A stretch of DNA of 37,081 nt from a virus (taxonomy: Duplodnaviria; Caudoviricetes): IMG/VR virus record IMGVR_UViG_3300025639_000008, positions 1 to 37,081 of that record; one strand, 5' to 3'. The stretch's first letter is position 1. Every line of letters starts with the position of its first letter. This document shows positions 17,010-26,130 of this stretch, in pieces. A program made the translations under genes and the position numbers. The notes under the pieces are model-generated. The model saw only the letters and a list, made by a program, of their open reading frames with translations. It was not told the origin of the DNA and made no database searches.

Positions 17010-17216
17010 ATGAATAATGATATAAAAGTTATAAAACGTAGTCCCTACAGCTTGTCAGAAGGACTCATTAATAAACTAGATGAGTTATTCCCTGACAAGC
17101 TCCCAAATAACATAAGCTGCTCACTGGAAGACCTTAGGTTTCTCCAGGGCCAGCGATCCGTGATTGATAAATTACATGAGTTAATGACGGAAGAACCTGA
17201 CGAGGAACACTTTTAA
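17010..17216 (+). CDS. Hypothetical protein at the T7 gp6.5-like position
   Basis: L..LFPDKLP...LRFLQGQRSVI pattern and position ahead of the pre-portal genes. Confidence 0.65.
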   Translation: MNNDIKVIKRSPYSLSEGLINKLDELFPDKLPNNISCSLEDLRFLQGQRSVIDKLHELMTEEPDEEHF

Positions 17217-17217
17217 T

Positions 17218-17427
17218 ATGTGTTTTGCAAGCTCCCCCTCAAGCCCACCCGCATCACCAGCACCTGCTAGGCCTCCCGCTAAGTTGAATCTGACTGATTT
17301 AGAACAAACACCTTCTGCCTCACGAAAGAAGTCTGCGAAAGGTAAGCGTTCTTTACGTAGTCCTGGAGACACTGGCTTAAATCTAGGCGGTGTTAAGCCT
17401 GGTGGCTTGAATATACCAAAGAATTAA
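17218..17427 (+). CDS. Small virion protein (T7 gp6.7/7.3-like)
   Basis: MCF start, Pro-rich, basic KGKRSLR and GLNIP C-terminus; upstream of the portal gene. Confidence 0.65.
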   Translation: MCFASSPSSPPASPAPARPPAKLNLTDLEQTPSASRKKSAKGKRSLRSPGDTGLNLGGVKPGGLNIPKN

Positions 17428-17448
17428 TAGTAAAAGAGGTAATTACTG

Positions 17449-18561
17449 ATGTGTGTAAACACTTCTAATGACACCAGCGGTGGAGGTGGTGGAAACAAAT
17501 CATCAAACTCTTCCCCTACAACCATTGAGACCTCATACACCCCTAATGATGATCCAAGGACGGAAGGTAATCCTTATAATACGCCATACACCCCACCACC
17601 GCCTACTACAGAGCAGGGTAAGGCCTTAGAAATATCTTCTTTAACTGGTAATGACTACCCTACAGTAGACCTCACTGATGATATACCTGACCCTGTTACA
17701 GAGATAGCACCTATAGAGGTTGCTAGCGATTCTGAAGCTAATCCTTGGGATGTTCCAATAGACCTCATTGATGACGCGGAGAAAGCAGCAGAGAAACCCA
17801 CCCCCGCGCCAACTGAGTACAACCAAGCGTACTGGGCTGATCAACGCGCTAAGGGTGTGAGTCAAGCCGACATGAAGGTTGAGCAAGACAAGGTAGGTAT
17901 GAAGAAAGCCTACTCTGGCGATAAAGTGGTCACTGAGGATATGAGCCGTAAAGCTAATGATGATCTAAAGCGTGTTACTGGGTCAATGGCTGTGATTGAT
18001 GATCCTGATATGAGTAAGGCAGATAAAGCCGACCTTACCAAAGCAGGCATCCTTGTTGGCGGCGTCAAAAAGACCGAAGAGAAGAGCGGGTTATTTGATA
18101 GGAACGTCAAGACCACTTACGACTACAAAGGTGGGCCATCCATTGTTACTAAATCGGATGACCCTACCATTGGTGATGTTCGCCTTGGTGAGAAGACTTC
18201 TACCACCTTTGTGGATGGGATCGAGGTGGCCACCAAGACAGGCCATGACCCGCTAGGCAAAGACGCCAAGGTGACTAAGCCTGATATTGCAGGCCATATT
18301 GATGACACTGTTAATACAAATAAAAAGACGGAAACTCCTGCCCCTAGTGATTCCCCTTCAAAACAGGATACAACTCCCGCACCTGCCTCAGCACTCCCTC
18401 CCGCAGAAGTAGAAGGTTTAACCAACCTCTTGGCTATCAAAAAGCATAAGCGTAGGGCAGGTAAGAGGGCTTTACGTTCTCTACCCCCTACGACTTACGG
18501 TAAAAACTTCGGTATTAATGTTGGTGGTACAGGCCAATCTGGTCTTAACATCCCAACATAA
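17449..18561 (+). CDS. Large low-complexity protein with gp6.7/7.3-like termini (putative virion protein)
   Basis: MC start; P/T/D-rich; C-terminal AGKRALRS...GINVGG...GLNIPT resembles the preceding gene. Confidence 0.65.
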   Translation: MCVNTSNDTSGGGGGNKSSNSSPTTIETSYTPNDDPRTEGNPYNTPYTPPPPTTEQGKALEISSLTGNDYPTVDLTDDIPDPVTEIAPIEVASDSEANPWDVPIDLIDDAEKAAEKPTPAPTEYNQAYWADQRAKGVSQADMKVEQDKVGMKKAYSGDKVVTEDMSRKANDDLKRVTGSMAVIDDPDMSKADKADLTKAGILVGGVKKTEEKSGLFDRNVKTTYDYKGGPSIVTKSDDPTIGDVRLGEKTSTTFVDGIEVATKTGHDPLGKDAKVTKPDIAGHIDDTVNTNKKTETPAPSDSPSKQDTTPAPASALPPAEVEGLTNLLAIKKHKRRAGKRALRSLPPTTYGKNFGINVGGTGQSGLNIPT

Positions 18562-18598
18562 CACCCCCCTATAAACATTTTTAAAAAGGCTATGAGAG

Positions 18599-20167
18599 AT
18601 GGTAGATACATCCACCACAGCCAAGCAGCGGTATACACAACTAGAAGCTGAACGCTCTCCTTTTTTGGAACGAGGGCGTGAGTGTGCTGAGTTGACAATA
18701 CCTACCTTACTGCCCCCTGAGGGTCACACAGGATCGACTAATTACGCCACACCTTTCCAGAGTATCGGAAGCAGGGGTGTGAATAATTTAGCATCAAAAC
18801 TCCTAATGACCCTTTTACCTCCCAATAGCCCCTTCTTTAGGCTGACTATTGACGACTTTGACCTTGCAGAATTAGCAGGGCCAGATGCCAGAGGTAAGGC
18901 AGAGGAAGCCTTGGCGCGAATTGAAAGAGCAGGAATGCAAGAGGTAGAAGCTAACGCCTACCGAGTGCCTGTGTTTGAAGCACTAAAACAACTAATTACA
19001 TCAGGTAACGTCCTGATCTATATGGCCCCTGATGGGGGTATGAGGGTATTCCGTCTTGATCGCTTTGTTGTTCAACGGGATGCCATGGGAAATACTTTAG
19101 AGATCCTTACCAAAGAATCCGTAAGTCCTATGATGTTACCTCCCTCCACACAAGAGGTACTAAATAGCCCAGAAGCAGCCGATGACATCCACCGTAACCT
19201 AGATCTATTTACTCATGTTCGCCTTATAGAAGGTAAGAAGTGGGAAATTTATCAGGAAGTAGAAGGTCTGGTTGTTCCGGATTCGGAAGGTACATTCACC
19301 TTTGATCAAAACCCCTTCCTACCCCTACGTATGATTCGTGTGGATGGTGAGAGCTATGGTCGAGGCTATGTTGAAGAGTTTCTTGGGGATCTTAAGTCTC
19401 TTGAGGCCTTAACAAAGGCTCTCGTAGAGGGTTCCGCAGCCGCCGCTAAGGTATTGTTCCTAGTGAGGCCTAACGGTACTACTAAACCCCGCACCCTTGC
19501 CAGCACCCCTAATGGGGGTATTGCTCAAGGTGATGCTAATGATGTCTCAGTCCTACAACTACAGAAGTTCAACGACTTCCGTGTAGCATCTGATGCAGCT
19601 CAAAAGATTAGTGAACGCTTGTCTTTTGCCTTCCTTATGAACACTTCAGTACAGCGTCAAGCTGAACGAGTGACTGCGGAAGAAGTACGCTTTATGGCCC
19701 AAGAGCTGGAATCATCCCTAGGTGGTGTGTATTCCATTCTAAGTCAAGAGTTCCAATTACCCATGGTGACTATCCTACTTCAGCGTATGCAGCAGCAGGG
19801 TAAGATGCCTAAGTTCCCTAAAGACAGTCTGAAACCACAGATTGTTACAGGTATGGAAGCACTAGGTCGTGGACAAGACCTTAATAAACTTGCCCAACTA
19901 CTCCAATACCTACAACCCTTAGGCCCAGAAGTCTTACGCCAAGAATTGAACTTGGATGACTACATTGACCGCCTTGGTGCGTCACTAGGTATTGATACAA
20001 ATGGCTTAATTAAATCCGCAGAGCAGAAGGCACAAGAACAACAAGCAGCCCAACAAGCTCAACAACAAGCAATGATGCAACAGACAATGGCAGGAATGGC
20101 TGAAAAGGCTAGTCCTCAAATTGCCCAGAGCATGGCGGAACAATATCAACAAGCCTCAACTGAATAG
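18599..20167 (+). CDS. Portal / head-to-tail connector (T7 gp8-like)
   Basis: LTIP, QSIGSRGVNNLASKL, GESYGRGYVEE, ERVTAEEVR and GMEALGRGQD. Confidence 0.97.
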   Translation: MVDTSTTAKQRYTQLEAERSPFLERGRECAELTIPTLLPPEGHTGSTNYATPFQSIGSRGVNNLASKLLMTLLPPNSPFFRLTIDDFDLAELAGPDARGKAEEALARIERAGMQEVEANAYRVPVFEALKQLITSGNVLIYMAPDGGMRVFRLDRFVVQRDAMGNTLEILTKESVSPMMLPPSTQEVLNSPEAADDIHRNLDLFTHVRLIEGKKWEIYQEVEGLVVPDSEGTFTFDQNPFLPLRMIRVDGESYGRGYVEEFLGDLKSLEALTKALVEGSAAAAKVLFLVRPNGTTKPRTLASTPNGGIAQGDANDVSVLQLQKFNDFRVASDAAQKISERLSFAFLMNTSVQRQAERVTAEEVRFMAQELESSLGGVYSILSQEFQLPMVTILLQRMQQQGKMPKFPKDSLKPQIVTGMEALGRGQDLNKLAQLLQYLQPLGPEVLRQELNLDDYIDRLGASLGIDTNGLIKSAEQKAQEQQAAQQAQQQAMMQQTMAGMAEKASPQIAQSMAEQYQQASTE

Positions 20168-20192
20168 CTAATAAACAACGGAGACAGTACAA

Positions 20193-20963
20193 GTGGCTGA
20201 ACAGTTAAATACATATGAAGAACCACAACCAGAGAATCAAGAACACGTAGCAGAGATGGTTGCTAAGGCAGACGCCCTAGAAAACCCTCCAGTGTCTGAT
20301 CGACCTGAGTGGCTTCCAGAAAAGTTCACCTCTGCTGAAGATATGGCTAGCGCCTATGCAGAGTTAGAAAAGAAATTAGGACAACCTAAGGACAAGGTTC
20401 AAATTCAATCCGATGTTCCGGCACCTGAGACTGCTTCTGTGGAAGCTGCTCAAGAAGAGCTGGAGAAGCGGGGAATTGACTTTGATGTATTGTCCCAAGA
20501 GTTTGCCCAAAAAGGTAAATTATCAGACCAAGCCTACAAGCAACTAGAAGAAGCTGGCATTAGTCGAGACCTAACCAACCAATTCATCCAAGGCCAAACT
20601 GCTGTGGCAACACAGATGCAGAATGACGCCTTTGGTTTGGTTGGAGGACAAGACCAATACACTGAAATGGTTACATGGGCTGCTGATAACCTACCTGAGT
20701 CCACTATTAATACCTTTAATAAGGCTGTTAACAGTGGGAGTAAAGAGACAGTCCATATGGCTATCCAGGGACTATCAGCACAGTACCGTTCCGCTAACGG
20801 GAGTGAACCCACTCTGGTTAGGGGTACAACCAATACGAAAGCGGGTGGGGTCTTTGAGTCTAGCGCCCAACTCACCGCAGCAATGCGTGACCCAAGGTAC
20901 TCGAAAGATCCTGCATACCGACAAGAAGTAGCTGTGAAATTACAACGCAGCAGCGTCTTCTAG
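20193..20963 (+). CDS. Capsid scaffolding protein (T7 gp9-like)
   Basis: RPEWLPEKF, AYAELEKKLG, GGQDQY...WA and AMRDPRY.KDPAYR; lies between portal and capsid. Confidence 0.93.
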   Translation: MAEQLNTYEEPQPENQEHVAEMVAKADALENPPVSDRPEWLPEKFTSAEDMASAYAELEKKLGQPKDKVQIQSDVPAPETASVEAAQEELEKRGIDFDVLSQEFAQKGKLSDQAYKQLEEAGISRDLTNQFIQGQTAVATQMQNDAFGLVGGQDQYTEMVTWAADNLPESTINTFNKAVNSGSKETVHMAIQGLSAQYRSANGSEPTLVRGTTNTKAGGVFESSAQLTAAMRDPRYSKDPAYRQEVAVKLQRSSVF

Positions 20964-20988
20964 TCGGACTGTCTCCGCAATACCCTTT

Positions 20989-21011
20989 AGGCTCCTTCGG
21001 GAGTCTTTTTT
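20989..21011 (+). terminator. Intrinsic terminator-like hairpin after the scaffold gene
   Basis: AGGCTCC-TTCG-GGAGTCT followed by a T run. Confidence 0.8.
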
Positions 21012-21138
21012 ATTCCAATAGCAAAGTTCCAAGACCAAGTATCTCTGACCCTCTGCGGAGGACAATCTTAGGGAAAGGAAGGACAAGTGCTGGAAACACA
21101 AAACAACACTTTAATTTTCTTTAAGAAGGTACATTATT

Positions 21139-22155
21139 ATGGCTCTGCCACATCAAGCCCCATCACGATTGGGTCAAACTAACGCAACTGGCGATGATCG
21201 CTCATTATTTCTCAAACTGTACGCAGGTGAAGTCCTAACTGCATTTGAGGAAAAGAACATTTTCATGCCGTTGCACCGCACCCGCACTATCTCAGGTGGT
21301 AAGTCAGCGACTTTCCCTCTAGTTGGTGTAGGTTCTGCTAAATATCACACTCCTGGCAGTATGATTGAAGCAGATAAGATCAAACATGCAGAACGTATCG
21401 TAACTGTTGATGATCTACTTATCTCAACTCAATTCATCAGTAATGTTGATGAAGCTATGAACCACTTCGATGTTCGCAGCATCTACTCTAAAGAAGCTGG
21501 TAATGCTTTGGCTAACGTAGCTGACCGTAACATTTCGCGCATTATTGCCCGTTCTGCTTATGTCACTAACAGCACCCAAGCTACCTCTTTGTTCGGTGCT
21601 TCCTTTGATGATGAAGTTTACACTTCTAACGTCACTGTAGGTACTACAGCAGCTCATGCTACTGATGGTAAGAAGATTGTTGACGCGATCTATGCTGCCT
21701 TAGAAGAGTTCGACAAGAAGGACGTAACTGGTCAGAAGACCGTTGTGTTAGCTCCTTCTCAATACTACGCACTACTGAACGCTACTGACGTTACTTCAGC
21801 CACTTGGTTGAACAAAGACGTAGGTGGTAATGGTTCTGTAGCTGGTGGTGTTGTACCACAAGTAGGCGGTGTTAATGTGATGATGTCTAACCACATCCCA
21901 CAGTCTAACCAAGCCTCTAGTTCTGCTGATGTAGAACCAATCACTTCCAGCCGTACCTCTGCGTACCGCGCTGACTACAGCAAGTTGTTAGGCTTAATCT
22001 TCACTGAAGACGCTGCTGCAACTGTTAAATTGCTGGATCTAGGTGTTGAGTCTGAGTATCAGATTGAACGTCAAGGCACCTTAATGGTAGCCAAATACGC
22101 TATGGGTCATAACGCCCTACGTCCTGCGTGTGCAATTGCTATTAGCAAGGTTTAA
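21139..22155 (+). CDS. Major capsid protein (T7 gp10-like)
   Basis: LFLKLYAGEVLTAF, RTISGGKSATFP, DEAMNHFDVRSIYS and KYAMGHNALRP. Confidence 0.97.
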   Translation: MALPHQAPSRLGQTNATGDDRSLFLKLYAGEVLTAFEEKNIFMPLHRTRTISGGKSATFPLVGVGSAKYHTPGSMIEADKIKHAERIVTVDDLLISTQFISNVDEAMNHFDVRSIYSKEAGNALANVADRNISRIIARSAYVTNSTQATSLFGASFDDEVYTSNVTVGTTAAHATDGKKIVDAIYAALEEFDKKDVTGQKTVVLAPSQYYALLNATDVTSATWLNKDVGGNGSVAGGVVPQVGGVNVMMSNHIPQSNQASSSADVEPITSSRTSAYRADYSKLLGLIFTEDAAATVKLLDLGVESEYQIERQGTLMVAKYAMGHNALRPACAIAISKV

Positions 22156-22165
22156 GCACATCTAT

Positions 22166-22190
22166 AAGGAGGCCTTAGGGTCTCCTTTTC
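22166..22190 (+). terminator. T-phi-like terminator after the capsid gene
   Basis: AAGGAGGCC-TTAG-GGTCTCCTT followed by TTCTTATTT. Confidence 0.8.
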
Positions 22191-22213
22191 TTATTTAAAG
22201 TGAGGGGGAATAT

Positions 22214-22810
22214 ATGACTCCAACTACGAAGCTGGAGGCGGTAAACACACTGCTGTCAGCCATCGGGGAATCTCCGATCAATACTCTGAACTCAGGGCTG
22301 GTTGAAGCGACCCTCGCAGAGCAGATAGTGGATAACATCAGCCGATCAACTCAATCCAGAGGTTGGTCATTCAACACTGATCTTGATTTTAAGCTCAGTC
22401 CTGATTTAGCAGGGGAAGTTGTACTGCCCACAAACTGTCTGCATGTAGACACGACATCGCTCCGAATGTCTGCTACGTCTGATCTGGTTCAGCGGGGTAA
22501 TAAGCTCTATGACCGCGTAAAGAATACACATGCCATTAATGACTCTGTAAATGTAGACATAGTGGTATTACTAGATTTTGAAGATTTACCTGAGACAGCA
22601 AGGCGTTTCATTACTGTACGTGCTGCCAGAATCTTCCAAGACCGTACTCTTGGGTCTGATTCCCTTCATGGGTTTCAACAAGAGGATGAAGTAACAGCCT
22701 GGTCTGATCTCCAACAAGCAGAGTCAGATGTCCAGGACTTCAACATATTTGACAATTATGAGACCTATTCCGTGATTGATCGGGCCGCAGGTTCAAAGGT
22801 GGTGGTGTAA
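22214..22810 (+). CDS. Tail tubular protein A / adaptor (gp11-like)
   Basis: LEAVN.LL.AIGESP, GWSFN, RGNKLYD and FEDLPE.ARRFI..RAAR.FQ. Confidence 0.93.
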   Translation: MTPTTKLEAVNTLLSAIGESPINTLNSGLVEATLAEQIVDNISRSTQSRGWSFNTDLDFKLSPDLAGEVVLPTNCLHVDTTSLRMSATSDLVQRGNKLYDRVKNTHAINDSVNVDIVVLLDFEDLPETARRFITVRAARIFQDRTLGSDSLHGFQQEDEVTAWSDLQQAESDVQDFNIFDNYETYSVIDRAAGSKVVV

Positions 22811-22813
22811 ATT

Positions 22814-25144
22814 ATGTCGTTAATTTCAAGCTCCATCCCTAACCTCCTTAATGGTATCTCACAGCAACCTCCAAGCCTTAGACAACCCTCACAGGCAGAG
22901 GTGCAGATCAATGGCCTGAGTTCTGTAACACGCGGACTTGAGAAACGACCTTGTACAGAACACATAGCTAAACTACCTGGGGTCTCCACAGCAGCTAATG
23001 CCTTTATCCATCCTATAAAATACTCAAGCACTGAGGACTACACTGCAATTATTACCACATCCGGTATAAAAGTGTTTAATAGTTCAGGTACAGCCTTGAC
23101 TGTTAAGGATGAGAACGGCAATACACTAACTAGCTTACCCTCCTACCTTTCAGGAGTCACTGACTACACCACACAAATCAGTGCTGTATCAGTGGGAGAT
23201 TCCACCTTTATCGTTAATAAAAAAAAGACGGTAGCTCTGGACTCTTATACAAGTACCTTAAGACCCCCTGAGTGTATGTTCTATATACGCCAAGCTGACT
23301 ATGGTCTTACCTACACGATTGAGGTAGGGGGAGCTACAGCTACATTCACCACACCAGATGGAAGTGCCTCAAGCCACTCCTCTGAGATTGCTACAGATTA
23401 CATAGCTACCCAGTTGTACAACAACTTGAGTTTAAGTGCTGCTTATACCAAAGAACGTATAGGCTCCACAGTCTACGTTAAGCGTACTGATGGAGCTGAC
23501 TTTGAAATTGCTAGCTCCGATGGTGCTGGTGATCGCTTCATGTTCAGTTTTAAGGGCCAGACCATAGACTTTAAGAACCTCCCCCGCAAGGGTAAGGAGG
23601 GTTTTAAGATCATGGTAAGTGGTTCTAACGAAAAGAAGCAGGATGACCACTTCGTTCACTTAACTAAGAATGATAACAACAACAATGAGCTAGTTTGGAA
23701 AGAGACTGTAGGCGAGTTAGGGACTGACGGTAATGCCCTTAAGAACCGCTTAAATAAGCTAACCATGCCTCATAAGCTGGTAAAGAACAGTGATGGCTCT
23801 TTTACCTTCACTCCTATTGAATGGAATGATCGTAAAGCAGGGGATGAAGAAACTAACCCTAATCCCTCTTTAATAGACTTCACAATTAATGACATCTTCT
23901 TCCACCGTAACCGTTTAGGGTTCTTGGCAGATGAAAACGTCATCTTTTCCGAAGCAGGGGAGTTCTATAACTTCTACCCTAAGACTGTACTGACTACCTT
24001 AGAGTCTAACCCTATAGATGTAGCAGTAAGTAACAACCAGATCAGTATTCTTAAACACGCTATACCCTTTAATGAATCACTATTGATCTTCTCTGACCTA
24101 ACACAGTTCATGCTAACCGCCTCTGAACTCCTGACACCCGATACTGTTCATATAGACGTATCAACTAACTTTGAGGCTGATTTAGCTGCAAAGCCAGTAG
24201 GGGCAGGACGTTACGTATTCTTTGGGTATTCCAAAGGTAAGTGGTCGGGTATCCGTGAGTATTATGTAGATTCCTCAAGCGAAACTAACGATGCTGCTGA
24301 CGTATCTGCACACACCCCTACCTACCTAGAGGGAACCGTAACAGGCCTGGCAGCTTCTTCCAATGAAGATATGCTCCTGGTACTCAGTGAAGATAAGCCA
24401 AACTCTGTGTTTGTTTATCGTTATTACTGGCGAGGTGAAGAGAAGCTACAGTCAGCTTGGTCAGAATGGACATTCTCTGGTGAAGTGAAGTCCGTAGCCT
24501 TTAATGGTTCCAATATTAAGGTAATTGTTGAGTATTCTGATGGCTTATATCTGGAATCCTTAAGCCTCTCTAATGACTCTGCCAGTTCCTATATGAGCTA
24601 CACAAACACCCTTAGTAACTATGGGGGAGGGGCTGTACTTCTTGATAGACGCTTCCTACTGACCTCTTCAGGTGCGCCTTATACAGATTCCAATATTATT
24701 TATATTGATACTGATGGGGTACAAATAACAGCTTCAGCGGCTGCCACGGCTGTTGCTAATGGAGATAGAGTCTATGGGGGTATTCCTTATACCTTCACAT
24801 ACCAGTTCTCAGAAGCTGTTCTAAAACAAGACAACAAGGCTATTACCATTGCCAAATTGCAGATTAGAAACTTCAACATTGTTTATAACGATACAGCTTA
24901 TTTTAAAGTTGAATCTACCCCCACAGAACGTCCTACAGTCTCCAGAGAGTTCAATGGACGGACTATCGGTGGAGGTACAAACATCCTTGGTCGTGCAAAC
25001 CTCGATGAGGGCACGTTCAGGGTTCCCATTATGACTAACTCTAAGTATGCCAAGGTAGTGCTGACATCAGACAGTTACTTGCCTTGTGTGTTCCAGAGTG
25101 CGGAGTGGGAAGGATTCGTTACTCAAAAAACCCAAAGGATCTAA
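22814..25144 (+). CDS. Tail tubular protein B / nozzle (gp12-like)
   Basis: SIPNLLNGISQQP, GLEKRP, TMPH.L, FFHRNRLGFL and QSAWSEW. Confidence 0.95.
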   Translation: MSLISSSIPNLLNGISQQPPSLRQPSQAEVQINGLSSVTRGLEKRPCTEHIAKLPGVSTAANAFIHPIKYSSTEDYTAIITTSGIKVFNSSGTALTVKDENGNTLTSLPSYLSGVTDYTTQISAVSVGDSTFIVNKKKTVALDSYTSTLRPPECMFYIRQADYGLTYTIEVGGATATFTTPDGSASSHSSEIATDYIATQLYNNLSLSAAYTKERIGSTVYVKRTDGADFEIASSDGAGDRFMFSFKGQTIDFKNLPRKGKEGFKIMVSGSNEKKQDDHFVHLTKNDNNNNELVWKETVGELGTDGNALKNRLNKLTMPHKLVKNSDGSFTFTPIEWNDRKAGDEETNPNPSLIDFTINDIFFHRNRLGFLADENVIFSEAGEFYNFYPKTVLTTLESNPIDVAVSNNQISILKHAIPFNESLLIFSDLTQFMLTASELLTPDTVHIDVSTNFEADLAAKPVGAGRYVFFGYSKGKWSGIREYYVDSSSETNDAADVSAHTPTYLEGTVTGLAASSNEDMLLVLSEDKPNSVFVYRYYWRGEEKLQSAWSEWTFSGEVKSVAFNGSNIKVIVEYSDGLYLESLSLSNDSASSYMSYTNTLSNYGGGAVLLDRRFLLTSSGAPYTDSNIIYIDTDGVQITASAAATAVANGDRVYGGIPYTFTYQFSEAVLKQDNKAITIAKLQIRNFNIVYNDTAYFKVESTPTERPTVSREFNGRTIGGGTNILGRANLDEGTFRVPIMTNSKYAKVVLTSDSYLPCVFQSAEWEGFVTQKTQRI

Positions 25145-25153
25145 GGGAAAACT

Positions 25154-25630
25154 ATGGCCCACTATAGGAAAACACGCTTTAAAGACATTAAGAAGCTAGC
25201 CCCAAGGCTACGCCTTCAAGACCAACATGAAATTATGGCATCCCATGGGCTACACCCTTATGAAGCCTTAGTTCTTTGCTATGAGTCCTCAGAAGAATGT
25301 AACACCATTATTGATGAATCTGGGGAGATTATAGGAATCTTTGGCTTCAATATTGTCAGTGACCTTCTAGCCAGCCCTTGGTTATTAGGTTCTGACGAGA
25401 TCAAAACCATAGGGCGGGACGTTATTAAAGTCTCTAATGAATGGGTTAGGGACTTAAACCTAAAATACCCCGTCCTCTACAACTATGTAGATGAACACAA
25501 TGAGGTGGCAATCCGATGGCTAAGGAGCCTTGGGTTCACCTTTGTACGCCTTATCCCTGACCATGGGGTAGGTAAGAAACCCTTTTATGAATTTGTGAGG
25601 ATTAACGAATCATGTGCCCACCAGCATTAA
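25154..25630 (+). CDS. gp13-like GNAT-fold protein
   Basis: LR.QD.HE, PWLLGS and LYNYVDEHN..AIRWLRSLGF; follows gp12. Confidence 0.8.
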   Translation: MAHYRKTRFKDIKKLAPRLRLQDQHEIMASHGLHPYEALVLCYESSEECNTIIDESGEIIGIFGFNIVSDLLASPWLLGSDEIKTIGRDVIKVSNEWVRDLNLKYPVLYNYVDEHNEVAIRWLRSLGFTFVRLIPDHGVGKKPFYEFVRINESCAHQH

Positions 25631-26112
25631 TAGCGGCTATGGGAACAGCAGGTATGGGAACAGCACTCAGTATTATGAGTTCTGTCATGGCCTTTAGCGA
25701 AGCACAGTCCCAATCCCAAGCCAACGACAAAGCAGCCAACGCCGCTGCACTCAATGATTATCGTCAACTCAATTTACAACAACGTGAACAAGAAGAGGCT
25801 AAAGCTGATGCAGAGTTCAAAGCTGATATTGAATCAGCCAAGGCTCTCGCTCATGCCAAAGTCGCTTCTGGTGAATCAGGTGTATCAGGATTATCCGTGG
25901 ATAGTCTGTATGCCGACATAGTTAGACAGAATCTAACAGACGACACAAGGCGTGACACTAACCTCCAGAACTACATTGCCCAAGTAGACCAAGAAAAGAA
26001 AGGTGTGGAGGCTGGTAGACAATCACGTATCAATGATGTGCCCCGACCTAACCTCTTAGCTACAGGCTTGGAGATAGGCGGTAAATACAACACCTACAAA
26101 TCAGGTGACTAA
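25612..26112 (+). CDS. Internal virion (ejection) protein, gp14-like
   Basis: MC start, hydrophobic N-terminus and GESGVSGLSVD; synteny. Confidence 0.8.
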   Translation: MCPPALIAAMGTAGMGTALSIMSSVMAFSEAQSQSQANDKAANAAALNDYRQLNLQQREQEEAKADAEFKADIESAKALAHAKVASGESGVSGLSVDSLYADIVRQNLTDDTRRDTNLQNYIAQVDQEKKGVEAGRQSRINDVPRPNLLATGLEIGGKYNTYKSGD

Positions 26113-26130
26113 AACATAGGAGTTATCGCT

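Noticed and set aside
20978-20990. CAATACCCTTTAG as a capsid promoter
   Set aside because: Only a partial match to the motif, and it lies upstream of the terminator hairpin.
22145-22200. T7 10B-like -1 frameshift extension of the capsid protein
   Set aside because: The -1 frame closes after about 15 codons, so no extra domain could be added.
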